The notes under the pieces: model-generated | What the model saw: only the letters and a program-made list of their open reading frames with translations | What the model was told of the DNA's origin: nothing | Databases searched by the model: none | Program-made: the position numbers and the translations under genes | Part shown: piece after piece, positions 34,677 through 44,165 of the stretch | How the letters are laid out: each line of letters begins with the position of its first letter | Position numbering within the stretch: the first letter of the stretch is position 1 | IMG/VR virus record: IMGVR_UViG_3300007351_000002 | Reading direction: 5' to 3' (one strand) | Source: a virus | DNA length: 64,000 nucleotides

Positions 34677-35933
34677 ATGTCTGTAACTATGTATGCTATA
34701 AGCGGTGTTGGTGATAATACTAATAGTGGATCTACAACCTCTTCCACTCCTAAAGCAAGTGGCACCGGTGCTTCTACTATTGTAGGAGCTACAGTGGATT
34801 TGAGCGTCGATACGCCAGATTTATCAACCGTTGTAATCGGTGATACTATACGACTTAATGCAAGAACAGATGGTAAAAATGGTAGTGATATATTTGAGAT
34901 TACTGCCGTTGATGACGGTCTTGACACCGTTAATGTTTCTCCTGCACCAAATTCCATAACTTCTGGTGTTACTTGGGCTATAGGTGGTGCATTTGCTACT
35001 TTAAGTAAATTAATATTCTCTGCAAGTGCCGGAGATGTGCTTTACTGTAAAGGAACATTTGACGAATCTATAGATATGGTTAATGCTGCTGCAAATGGTG
35101 CAATACTTGCAAATGGCGATTTAGCAAATGCATTTCCTAGATTAATAGGATATTCAACAACTCCCGGTGATAGCGGTATCGCTACATTGGATTCAAACAA
35201 CACAAAAAGCAATGCTATTGTATTAGTTAATAATAGTAATTATTGGGTTTATGAGAATATAAGAATAACAAGATATACTGGACAAGGATTTAGAACTGCT
35301 TTTGCGTCATTTCCTTCAATGTTCGTTCATTGCGAAGTAGATCATTGTGGAGGAACATTAGCATTTGGTGTTCCCAATTATTCTACTGTAATAGATTGTT
35401 ATTCTCATGATAATGCTGGAAATGGATTTGAAGCTACAGAAATGTCTTTCTTTGGAAATTGTATTTCTCTTGCTAATAGTGGCGTAGGATTTTATGGCGG
35501 TGGAGGAAATCATTATTTTAATTGTTTGTCTAAAGGCGATTTACTTGGTGGATTTAGACAAAATGACGATACTAATCACAAGAGTCTAATGATGTTTAAT
35601 TGTTTAGTTGACGGTTCTGGTATAACTCAAACTGGCATTCGCATATCAGATGATGCACAGGTTAGACAAGCGGTATTGATTAACAATACTGTTATAAATT
35701 GTATAAGCGGTATAGTAGCACAAAACGATAATGGTATATTTGGAAATGGTTACAATAACTTAGTTTATAATTGTGTTACTCCAAGAGTTAATTTTACTGA
35801 TGTTGTAGGTTCAATTTCTGGCGAACCATTATTTGCAAATTCGGGAATTTTAGATTATACTCCTGTTGCCGGTGGTTCGCAAATAGGTGCCGGATTTGAT
35901 TTAAGATTATCTTCTTGGATCAACTTTGTATAA
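34677..35933 (+). CDS. right-handed parallel beta-helix protein (tailspike/depolymerase-like)
   Basis: Repeated Gly/Asn-rich PbH1-like turns (NAGNGFEA, NSGVGFYGGGGN, NNTVINCISGIVAQNDNG). Confidence 0.5.
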   Translation: MSVTMYAISGVGDNTNSGSTTSSTPKASGTGASTIVGATVDLSVDTPDLSTVVIGDTIRLNARTDGKNGSDIFEITAVDDGLDTVNVSPAPNSITSGVTWAIGGAFATLSKLIFSASAGDVLYCKGTFDESIDMVNAAANGAILANGDLANAFPRLIGYSTTPGDSGIATLDSNNTKSNAIVLVNNSNYWVYENIRITRYTGQGFRTAFASFPSMFVHCEVDHCGGTLAFGVPNYSTVIDCYSHDNAGNGFEATEMSFFGNCISLANSGVGFYGGGGNHYFNCLSKGDLLGGFRQNDDTNHKSLMMFNCLVDGSGITQTGIRISDDAQVRQAVLINNTVINCISGIVAQNDNGIFGNGYNNLVYNCVTPRVNFTDVVGSISGEPLFANSGILDYTPVAGGSQIGAGFDLRLSSWINFV

Positions 35934-35942
35934 GGAGAAAAT

Positions 35943-36278
35943 ATGTTAATAGAATATGAATATTCTTTAGAAAATCCGGTATCAATAATAGGAGAATTTG
36001 ACACTGGCAGGACAGTAAATATTGAGTTGTGGGTTAGCGGCGTTTTGCAAACTAATATAACTACGAGTGGATGCAATGAGGTTGATTCTACTGGTGATTA
36101 TACTTGGTCAACAAGTAATATACCATATCTTTCTGCAAGTATGGTTCAATATCACTGGCGAATGTCATCGGATTTGGGAGATACTGTTGAGGGCGATTTT
36201 TTGCTGAAATCAATAGAAGGCGTAGACGGATTTATGCCAAGTATTAATAATAAAGATAGTTATATTCTTAGAATTTAA
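35943..36278 (+). CDS. stand-alone copy of fibre C-terminal domain A (111 aa)
   Basis: Aligns by eye with the C-terminus of 33040-34674 (..IIGEFDTG..VDSTGDYTWSTSNIPYL..GDFLLKS against ..IIGRFITD..IGDTGRWAWSTSNLPSL..GKFIIKN). Confidence 0.55.
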   Translation: MLIEYEYSLENPVSIIGEFDTGRTVNIELWVSGVLQTNITTSGCNEVDSTGDYTWSTSNIPYLSASMVQYHWRMSSDLGDTVEGDFLLKSIEGVDGFMPSINNKDSYILRI

Positions 36279-36286
36279 GGAGAAAC

Positions 36287-36832
36287 ATGGCTACTTGGAA
36301 TGTTGATCTTGTTTTAATGCTGAGGGTTTTGATAGGAGATATTAATTCTCCACAGAAGAATACTGATCTTTACTTACAAAGAATTTTAATAACGGCAGGC
36401 ATTATAGCACAAAATGAAATTGATTTACCAAATGATTATATTTTTGATATAGAAAATATTACAATAACACCAGATCCTGTTGCAATCAATGATGTAATTA
36501 CGCAAGCGCTTTTACCGTTAAAAGCTGCATGTATTTTAAATCAAGCACAATTTCAAGTTGCTCTTGGACAAGGCATTAAAGTCAGAGATGGCGATTCGGC
36601 TATAGACACAAGTGTAGGATTTAGAGGATACAGAGATATACTTCAATATGGCCCATGTGCTGCTTATGCCGCTCTTTTATGGCAGTTGCAATCATCTAAT
36701 AGTGCTAACATAGGAGGTGCTGTTCTTAGTCCATATAGGGGTCCAAATGATTCGCCAATAGATACCGTATCTTGGTTTTATGAAAATGTTGTATCGTATT
36801 TAGATACTTGTCGCTACAATAGAAGGTTTTAA
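36287..36832 (+). CDS. hypothetical structural protein (181 aa)
   Basis: ORF in the structural operon with a GGAG SD. Confidence 0.5.
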   Translation: MATWNVDLVLMLRVLIGDINSPQKNTDLYLQRILITAGIIAQNEIDLPNDYIFDIENITITPDPVAINDVITQALLPLKAACILNQAQFQVALGQGIKVRDGDSAIDTSVGFRGYRDILQYGPCAAYAALLWQLQSSNSANIGGAVLSPYRGPNDSPIDTVSWFYENVVSYLDTCRYNRRF

Positions 36833-36834
36833 AT

Positions 36835-37425
36835 GTGGCCATATTTAACGATAATATTGATTTTTCAATTAACGGCATTCAGACGCCACAGACACTTTCT
36901 TGTCCAGCACTCGATCCGTTAGCTACAATTCAAATCAGTCAAGAGTTAATAGAAATTTATCAAGGGAGAATAGATTCTTTGATAAATCAGTTGGGCAAAA
37001 ATGTTCTTTTGGAATTCGATCCAATAAAAGAACCATGTACAAATTGTGAATTTGATATAATTAAGAATAGATCAAATGGAATATATAAGATGGGGGGATC
37101 TATTCCGTTTACGAGAGGTTCTAAATGTCCGTACTGTAAGGGTTTGGGATTTTTAGAAATTAAAACAACAAAATGTATAAAATGTTTAATAAAATGGAGA
37201 CCAAAAGAACTCAAGAATTTTGGAATATCTGTAAATAAAAATTATAATATAGTAAGACTCAAAGGATTTTTAACCGATATAGACGATTTTATAAGAGCAA
37301 AAACCGCAATTGTTGATTATGATATACAAAATATTTTTAATCAGAGAGTTAGACTCATACGCGGTCCTACGCCGGTTGGCTTGAGGGAGGATAGATATAT
37401 GATAAGTTATTGGGAGTTAATTTAA
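36835..37425 (+). CDS. zinc-ribbon structural module B, stand-alone (196 aa)
   Basis: GTG start abutting the upstream stop. CTNC...CPYCKG zinc ribbon. About 60% identical by eye to the last 180 aa or so of the 1580-aa protein. Confidence 0.55.
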   Translation: MAIFNDNIDFSINGIQTPQTLSCPALDPLATIQISQELIEIYQGRIDSLINQLGKNVLLEFDPIKEPCTNCEFDIIKNRSNGIYKMGGSIPFTRGSKCPYCKGLGFLEIKTTKCIKCLIKWRPKELKNFGISVNKNYNIVRLKGFLTDIDDFIRAKTAIVDYDIQNIFNQRVRLIRGPTPVGLREDRYMISYWELI

Positions 37426-37742
37426 TGTCTATAACAAACGACCTTAAACTAAATTTAAACACTGGAACTAAAATGTCTGCTCATACACTTTCTTCTATTA
37501 TATATATGGTTGTTAATAATTTAATGACAATAGAAGATGCCAGAACAAAATTAAATCTTTCTGTAGATTCTAGTATAGATTTTGATAATATGATTGCTAG
37601 TTTTTCTCTTCTTTCTGAAAATGAAAAATTGGCAATTTATGGTAAAATGGAATCCTTGAATATAATGTTTCAAGATGGTTTTATAGACGAACAAACATAT
37701 AATTTAAATGTTGGTATTTCTGGTTCAGGAAAAGTAACATAA
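37425..37742 (+). CDS. hypothetical protein (about 105 aa)
   Basis: ORF. The ATG overlaps the upstream TAA (TAATG). Confidence 0.45.
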   Translation: MSITNDLKLNLNTGTKMSAHTLSSIIYMVVNNLMTIEDARTKLNLSVDSSIDFDNMIASFSLLSENEKLAIYGKMESLNIMFQDGFIDEQTYNLNVGISGSGKVT

Positions 37743-37743
37743 T

Positions 37744-40700
37744 ATGATAAAAGTCGCTTCAATAAGAACGGGAATACCAATTTCTGCGACACAACAAACT
37801 ATAACTATTCCAAACATAGGTAGCCCAAAAGCCGCAATGTTTATAATGAATAGATGTCCAAGTGGAAGCACTATAACCCCAAGTGTCGCATTCAATATAG
37901 GATTTACTAATGGTTCAGGTTCAAATCAATTAGTTTATGCAATAAACTGCGAAGATAATGTTGGAACGTCAGATACACATAGGATGTCTAGTGACGATCT
38001 ATGTATGATTATGCTTAATCCTACCGATGGAACCGAGGATTGTAGAGCAGCATTTGTTGAATGGGTTGAGGACGGGGTAACAATAGAGTGGTTAACTGCA
38101 CCGAGTGATGATTTTACATTAACTACAGTATTATTCGCTGGTGATGTAAGTGAATTAAATACATATATAGGAACGTTTACAACTCCTGATGTATTAAATT
38201 CTGGTATTGTTGTAAGTGGAATAGGTTTTGAACCAGATCAAGTGATAGGTATTGGTGGTGGTGGAACATTTGGATTTGATTTAACGACAAGGGGTAATGC
38301 CTGTCTTAGTTTTGGGTTTTGCGACAATGATAATGGAACTGTAAAACAGGGATCAGTAAATTATTGTAATTTAGATAATTTGGCCGATACATCCGTAAGA
38401 GCATTGGTATCACAAACTTATTTTGCTCGTGATTTTGCAGGAGACTTCGGTGCGGTAGAACTTGGCGATTTTAATTCTTCAGGATTTACTGCTACAACAA
38501 GAATTAGTGGCGCAGGAATGATAATGGGCTTTTTGGCCCTTAAATATAATGGAAATGTTAAACACGATCTTGGATTTATTAGTACACCGACTTTTGCTAC
38601 TGGTATTCAAACAATTAGTGGTATTGGATTTGGTCCACAATTTATAGCAGAATTACAAACAATGTGTGGTACATATGACACACAAATTACCGATTTTAAT
38701 GCCGGATCAATTGGAATAGCTACCTTTGGAAGTGGTATGGTAACACCATCGTCATTTCAGATGAATCATAATTTAAGATCTCAAACTGGTGCCGCTACCA
38801 GCAATGAAGATAGCAGAACTTTTGGTAATACTACATTTTTAAGAAGATCTGATGAAGCACTTACAGTTGGTATAACATCTACATTACAATCTGTATATTA
38901 TGATGGTTACAGTAAAAACTTTTCTTCAAATGTAGGAAATAAAAGATGGATTAATTTACTTATAAGTAATCCGATATCATCTAGTGGCATTAATTTTTAT
39001 ATTAATGGTATTGGCACTGAAACAGATAATCTTAATTTGTCTATAGTAGGACACGAGAATTTAATAGCTAGTACAGTTGATATCTATTTTTCTACTTTTT
39101 TTTCTAATGAAGTAAGAAGAACCGATCCAAACGGTAGTTATGAACATGTAGTATTTTCTGGTTCTCCTATTATAAGCGGATACGCACAAGCCATAGATAT
39201 AGATTCTATTAATAATAAACTTTATTTTACAGACGATCTCTCTAATGATGCTATAATGAAATCTGTTGATTTGGATACTCTTAATTATAATGATATAATA
39301 TCAAGTCCAAATATAGATTATGTTAGAGGATTTAGAGTATTAGATGCAAGCGGATTAATGTATTGGATAGATGTCAGCAATGAGGTGTCTGGTGGTTATG
39401 GCGAAATAAGTAGGGCAAATCTAGATGGTAGTAATCAACAATTAATTATAGCAGAAAGCGGATTGATACCACAGGATGTAGATATTGATCTTGTAGAAAA
39501 TAAATTATACTGGACAGCAAATAAAAGTCCACTTATTTCTGGTTCTGGAATAACTTGGTCTATTAGAAAATCTAATCTTGATGGATCTAATATAGAGATA
39601 ATAAGTTCTGGAATATCTAGATTTCATGGCGGTATAGCAATTGATTCTGTAAATAGAAAGGTTTATTGGGGTATTGTTAGCGAGTCTTATCCTGATGAAC
39701 CAACAATGTATATATCTAACTTAGATGGAAGCGATAGACAGATATTTATTCCCAGTGGATATAAAAGTCCATACGATATAGATATAGATGAAACAAGAGG
39801 AAAATTATATTGGACAGAAACTATTTTACCAACAAGAGGTTTATATAAAGTAAATCTAGATGGAACTAATATAGAGCAATTGCCGGTAGATATAACTGTA
39901 TGCGATGAGTTAGTCTGTGAAAATGATCAGGTGCTTTCCGTTAGTGTTGATGAAAGATATTATAGAAAACTTTTTATCTATGGATTTGAAGTAATAAATG
40001 ATAATGTCGATCTTGTTATTTTTGGACATGCAGAAGATTCTAATAATATAGAAATATTTATTTTTGGTAATGACTCTATTGTAAATAATATAGATTTATT
40101 CATCGAAGGTGGTGCTACTGCCGTAACCATAACAAATGAAATAGATTTATTTATAACTGGTAATGAAACAACAACTGATAATATAAATCTTTTTATTTAC
40201 GGAAAAGATAATCTAAATGATATTTGCGATTTTTTCATACATGGTTTCGATTCATTTAATAATAATATAGAACTTTTTGTTTTCGGTCATGATACCACAG
40301 AAAATAATAAATTATATACAGGAACATCCCATAGTATATCTCCACCGGGAATCTTAAGGAGATCTAATGAAGATGGTAGTAATCAGGTATCATTAGTTAG
40401 TTCGGAAAATATTTTACAAATATGTGCGGATCAATATGAAAATATTTTGTTCTGGAATACTGATTCTATAATAACAAAATCCGATCTTAACGGAAATAAT
40501 AAACAAATAATAAATAATGGAACGGCAAATTCTTTAGATGTTGATATTGTTAATAATAAAATATATGTCTCATCTGTTAGTGGAATACGAAGGTTTAATT
40601 ATGATGGAAGTTCTGTAGAATCAATTGTTACCGGAAACATAATTGCATTAGGAATAGATTATTTAAATACAACAAGTTTATATTTTTCACCCTTTGCATC

Positions 40701-42486
40701 CGGAAATCATATATTTAAATCTAACTTGGATGGATCAAACGTTCAATCCATATTTTCTCTATCTAGCGGTAATACTATAAGCCGATTAGATGTCAATGTA
40801 ATTGATTCTACTATATATTATTATACTACACAATCTAATACAATTAGAAAAATTGATACTAATGGTAACGATTTAGGAATCGTTGGTTCTGGATTTCCTC
40901 CAATATCTACTACAAATCAACTATCTGTAGAGCCATATACTGATAAAATTTTTATAGCAAATGATAATAATGGAATATTCGTTAGCGGAACCATTAATAA
41001 TTTTCAACAAATAAATATTAGTGGCTTTGCATTATCCATAATGATTTTGCCGTTAGATGCCATAACACTATTTTTAAATGGTGATGAATCAATAACTGAT
41101 AATATAGATTTATTTATACGCGGATATATTTTATTTAATAATAGTACGAATCTATTTATAAATGGGCATGAATTAAATTCACAAGATTTAGATTTATTTA
41201 TAAATGGTCATGAAATAATCGCTACAAATATAGATTTATTTACTTATGGAATTGATAGTAGTTTTAATTCATTAGACCTATTTGCACATGGGTATGACAC
41301 AGAAAATAGTGGATGTGATTTTTATACAAATGGTAGTCAAGGATTTAATAATAATATAGACTTGTTTGTTTCCGGAATAGGTCTAATAACTAATAATATT
41401 ACACTATTCATATCTTCTATGAATACATTTTCTAGTGGAATAGACTTATTCATTTATGGTATAGATTCCAATTTTAATAATATAGATTTTGTAATAGTTG
41501 GTAGCCAATCATTTAATGATGATTTAAGTTTAACAATATTCGGCAAAGATAATAATTTTGATGATTGTGATTTATTCACGCACGGCAAAAATACAGAATT
41601 AAATTCTATAGATTTATTTATTAACGGTTCTGCACAACATTCAAATTCTATAGATTTATATATAAGAGGAAAAGATAATAATAACAATAAAATAGATCTA
41701 TTCATAAGTGGTATACCATTGAGTGTACTCTTCGTAAGCAACATAGACTTGTTTATATCGGGTCTAGACACCGTAATAAACGATGTAGACCTTTTCTTGT
41801 CTGGCACAATTTTAATAACTAACAATATAGACTTATTTATATATGGCATAGCATCTATAAATAGTTCTATAGATCTATTTGTTAAACAAAATGATGAAAT
41901 AATTGATAATATCAACTTATTCATTCGTGGATTACGACAACCAGATAACCAAGCTTGTCCCGCTTTAGATCCAACACTACCAATCCAAATAAGTAATGAT
42001 TTAATCGAAATCTATCAATCTAGAATAGATTCATTAATAAATCAATTAGGGAAAAATGTATTACTTGAATTTAATCCAATAATTCAGCCATGTACAAACT
42101 GTGAATTCGATATTATTTCTGGCAAATCTAAAGGCATTTATAAGTCCGGTGGACCAATACCTTTTACCAAGGGCCAAAAATGTCCATATTGTAAGGGAAT
42201 CGGTTTTTTGGAACAACCAGTTTATAAGTGTATAAAATGTTTGATACAATGGAATCCTAAAGATGCAGAGAATTATGGAATATCTATAGACGATCCTGCG
42301 AGTATAGTAAGACTCAAGGGGTTTTTAACAGACGGGGATGATATGGTAAGAGCTAGGGCGGCAATAACAAATTATGATATACAAGATGTAATTAAATTAA
42401 AAGTTAAATTAATAAAGGGTCCAATAATTGTTGGATTAAGACAGAGCCGATATATTATTACTTTCTGGAAATTACTGGATTCATAA
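37744..42486 (+). CDS. giant modular fibre protein (1580 aa): N-domain C, YWTD propeller, 8 DLFIxG repeats, second propeller, about 21 DLFIxG repeats, zinc-ribbon module B'
   Basis: Uninterrupted ORF. Module boundaries were read from the translation: propellers at about 39075-39890 and 40305-40990, repeats at about 39967-40310 and 41055-41931, module B' at about 41940-42483. Confidence 0.8.
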   Translation: MIKVASIRTGIPISATQQTITIPNIGSPKAAMFIMNRCPSGSTITPSVAFNIGFTNGSGSNQLVYAINCEDNVGTSDTHRMSSDDLCMIMLNPTDGTEDCRAAFVEWVEDGVTIEWLTAPSDDFTLTTVLFAGDVSELNTYIGTFTTPDVLNSGIVVSGIGFEPDQVIGIGGGGTFGFDLTTRGNACLSFGFCDNDNGTVKQGSVNYCNLDNLADTSVRALVSQTYFARDFAGDFGAVELGDFNSSGFTATTRISGAGMIMGFLALKYNGNVKHDLGFISTPTFATGIQTISGIGFGPQFIAELQTMCGTYDTQITDFNAGSIGIATFGSGMVTPSSFQMNHNLRSQTGAATSNEDSRTFGNTTFLRRSDEALTVGITSTLQSVYYDGYSKNFSSNVGNKRWINLLISNPISSSGINFYINGIGTETDNLNLSIVGHENLIASTVDIYFSTFFSNEVRRTDPNGSYEHVVFSGSPIISGYAQAIDIDSINNKLYFTDDLSNDAIMKSVDLDTLNYNDIISSPNIDYVRGFRVLDASGLMYWIDVSNEVSGGYGEISRANLDGSNQQLIIAESGLIPQDVDIDLVENKLYWTANKSPLISGSGITWSIRKSNLDGSNIEIISSGISRFHGGIAIDSVNRKVYWGIVSESYPDEPTMYISNLDGSDRQIFIPSGYKSPYDIDIDETRGKLYWTETILPTRGLYKVNLDGTNIEQLPVDITVCDELVCENDQVLSVSVDERYYRKLFIYGFEVINDNVDLVIFGHAEDSNNIEIFIFGNDSIVNNIDLFIEGGATAVTITNEIDLFITGNETTTDNINLFIYGKDNLNDICDFFIHGFDSFNNNIELFVFGHDTTENNKLYTGTSHSISPPGILRRSNEDGSNQVSLVSSENILQICADQYENILFWNTDSIITKSDLNGNNKQIINNGTANSLDVDIVNNKIYVSSVSGIRRFNYDGSSVESIVTGNIIALGIDYLNTTSLYFSPFASGNHIFKSNLDGSNVQSIFSLSSGNTISRLDVNVIDSTIYYYTTQSNTIRKIDTNGNDLGIVGSGFPPISTTNQLSVEPYTDKIFIANDNNGIFVSGTINNFQQINISGFALSIMILPLDAITLFLNGDESITDNIDLFIRGYILFNNSTNLFINGHELNSQDLDLFINGHEIIATNIDLFTYGIDSSFNSLDLFAHGYDTENSGCDFYTNGSQGFNNNIDLFVSGIGLITNNITLFISSMNTFSSGIDLFIYGIDSNFNNIDFVIVGSQSFNDDLSLTIFGKDNNFDDCDLFTHGKNTELNSIDLFINGSAQHSNSIDLYIRGKDNNNNKIDLFISGIPLSVLFVSNIDLFISGLDTVINDVDLFLSGTILITNNIDLFIYGIASINSSIDLFVKQNDEIIDNINLFIRGLRQPDNQACPALDPTLPIQISNDLIEIYQSRIDSLINQLGKNVLLEFNPIIQPCTNCEFDIISGKSKGIYKSGGPIPFTKGQKCPYCKGIGFLEQPVYKCIKCLIQWNPKDAENYGISIDDPASIVRLKGFLTDGDDMVRARAAITNYDIQDVIKLKVKLIKGPIIVGLRQSRYIITFWKLLDS

Positions 42487-43163
42487 TGATAATCAAAATA
42501 AAACCAGCCACAGGATTCGATGAACAACTAAGAAAAGGTGTGTCTTCTAGAATGATTAAATCGCTAGATAATAGATTGGCAATAAATGCACAAAAGATAT
42601 TCGAAGATATAGGAGATTATATAGCTGGTGTTTTTGAAAAAACAGATGTTGTTAGATCTTTAAGGGGCAAGGGGAGTGTTGATCTTCCAGCACATTTTGG
42701 ATTATCTGATTCATCAGCTAACGAATTAGTAGATGGCATGGTAAATATAATAATAAATTCTGTATCATTAGGATCTATAATTAAGCCGAATGGCGGATCT
42801 TTGACCATAAAAGCGGTTAAAACAGATTGGGAAAGCTATCTATCTCTTCCTGGAGCGCAATATATTTCTAAGCCATCCAATGCCACCATTCCTGTTCTTG
42901 CATGGATGCTTATTGATCCTACTATAGATATAGGACAAGCCGCGTATCAAATTGTTTTTGAAGGTTCACCAGGATTTAATGTAAAAGTATCTAGAAGCGG
43001 CAGGGCGATAATGAAGTCGCTTGAGTCTCTTGGTGGTGGAGGTGGATACGTACTTCCAAGCATAATAAGTAAGTCTGGTGGAGAAAATTTCATTGAATTT
43101 GCAATAGGACAACCAAATGTAGCTCAAAGAGCAGCAGAAATATTAATAGAGAGGATAATATAA
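42486..43163 (+). CDS. hypothetical structural protein (225 aa)
   Basis: ORF with stop/start overlap to both neighbours. Confidence 0.55.
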   Translation: MIIKIKPATGFDEQLRKGVSSRMIKSLDNRLAINAQKIFEDIGDYIAGVFEKTDVVRSLRGKGSVDLPAHFGLSDSSANELVDGMVNIIINSVSLGSIIKPNGGSLTIKAVKTDWESYLSLPGAQYISKPSNATIPVLAWMLIDPTIDIGQAAYQIVFEGSPGFNVKVSRSGRAIMKSLESLGGGGGYVLPSIISKSGGENFIEFAIGQPNVAQRAAEILIERII

Positions 43164-44095
43164 TGTCACTTACTTTAAAAGGAATTGGTGTTGGTGGTTA
43201 TGGCGGTTACGAATTAACTGATCAATTATTATATAATATAAAAGCATGGATAGATTGGGGATTACTTCATCATGGTGGATATAATTTGTATTTATATGAT
43301 CAGGATAGTTATTTTGCTGAAAATGAATCCAAACTTTATCCGGTTGTAGATGAAAGATATCCTATAAACTGTGTATGGAATGGTGTTGGTAGAGAATGGG
43401 TTTGGGAATCTGGCGTAACACCAATGAGTGGTGGGATTGTTCCATTCAGGGTATCCGGCGTGTATGTTAATGGAACTTTTATCCCATCCTCTGATGTAGG
43501 ACAGTATAGACATCATACAGATTATAGACATGGAAGAATTATATTTGAAGAAAGTCAAAATCCCGACGATGATATTAGGACTGAATATACATCTAGATCT
43601 GTTTATGTTGGATTTGCCGATTCTGAAGAATTTCAAACTCTTATGTTGAATTCGGTTGAAGAATTTCTAACAGATACCGTTCCATCGGGTACACCATCAA
43701 AAGATCATCAAATATGGCTTCCATCAATTTTTATATCAGTTGATTCTGGTGATGGTCGTGGATTACAGCTTGGTGGTGGTCAAATAAAAACAAGAATAAT
43801 AACATTACATATTTTTGCTGATAATTCTTATGATAGAAATCTTTTAATGGATTGGTTAGATTATAATAATCGTTCTGCTTTTATAATGTTTGATCTTAAT
43901 AATATTCAATTACCATTTGACCAATATGGCGATATTGTATTGGGAGCAACCAATTGGATTGATTTGATGGATCAGTATCCTTATAAAAAATTAAGAATAC
44001 TTGAGGGGTCGTGTAAAAAATTGAATTCCTTAAATACAAAGCTTTTTAGGGCTATTGTAAAATATAAAGTAGAAATTGATTTTGGAGGCATATAA
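43163..44095 (+). CDS. hypothetical structural protein (310 aa)
   Basis: ORF, translationally coupled. Confidence 0.55.
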   Translation: MSLTLKGIGVGGYGGYELTDQLLYNIKAWIDWGLLHHGGYNLYLYDQDSYFAENESKLYPVVDERYPINCVWNGVGREWVWESGVTPMSGGIVPFRVSGVYVNGTFIPSSDVGQYRHHTDYRHGRIIFEESQNPDDDIRTEYTSRSVYVGFADSEEFQTLMLNSVEEFLTDTVPSGTPSKDHQIWLPSIFISVDSGDGRGLQLGGGQIKTRIITLHIFADNSYDRNLLMDWLDYNNRSAFIMFDLNNIQLPFDQYGDIVLGATNWIDLMDQYPYKKLRILEGSCKKLNSLNTKLFRAIVKYKVEIDFGGI

Positions 44096-44109
44096 ATACC
44101 GTATAATTT

Positions 44110-44119
44110 TGTGTATAAA
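44110..44119 (+). promoter_or_regulatory. conserved TGTGTATAAA element
   Basis: Exact 10-mer in the intergenic region, 47 nt upstream of 44166. Confidence 0.45.
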
Positions 44120-44165
44120 TTATATTGGATAAGGTATTTTACGGTAAATTTAATGGAGTTAAATA

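Noticed and set aside
34661-34957. Minus-strand 98-aa ORF overlapping the end of the propeller-fibre gene and the start of the beta-helix gene.
   Set aside because: It is antisense to two tightly packed + strand structural genes, has a Ser/Thr/Val-rich shadow translation, and has no start context.
41055-41931. Could the regular 42-nt periodicity here, or the short-motif array at 2005-5250, be a CRISPR array?
   Set aside because: The 42-nt units are diverged coding repeats inside one ORF, with no invariant repeat alternating with unique spacers. The GTCCGATAA motif is only 9-10 bp, is irregularly spaced at 16-60 bp, and occurs in both orientations. No cas genes are present.
36835-42486. A diversity-generating retroelement: paralogous module pairs (36835-37425 with 41940-42483; 57177-57794 with 57796-58416) acting as template and variable repeats.
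   Set aside because: There is no reverse transcriptase gene anywhere in the window. Nucleotide identity is too low, at roughly two-thirds by eye. The differences are spread over all bases rather than concentrated at adenines.
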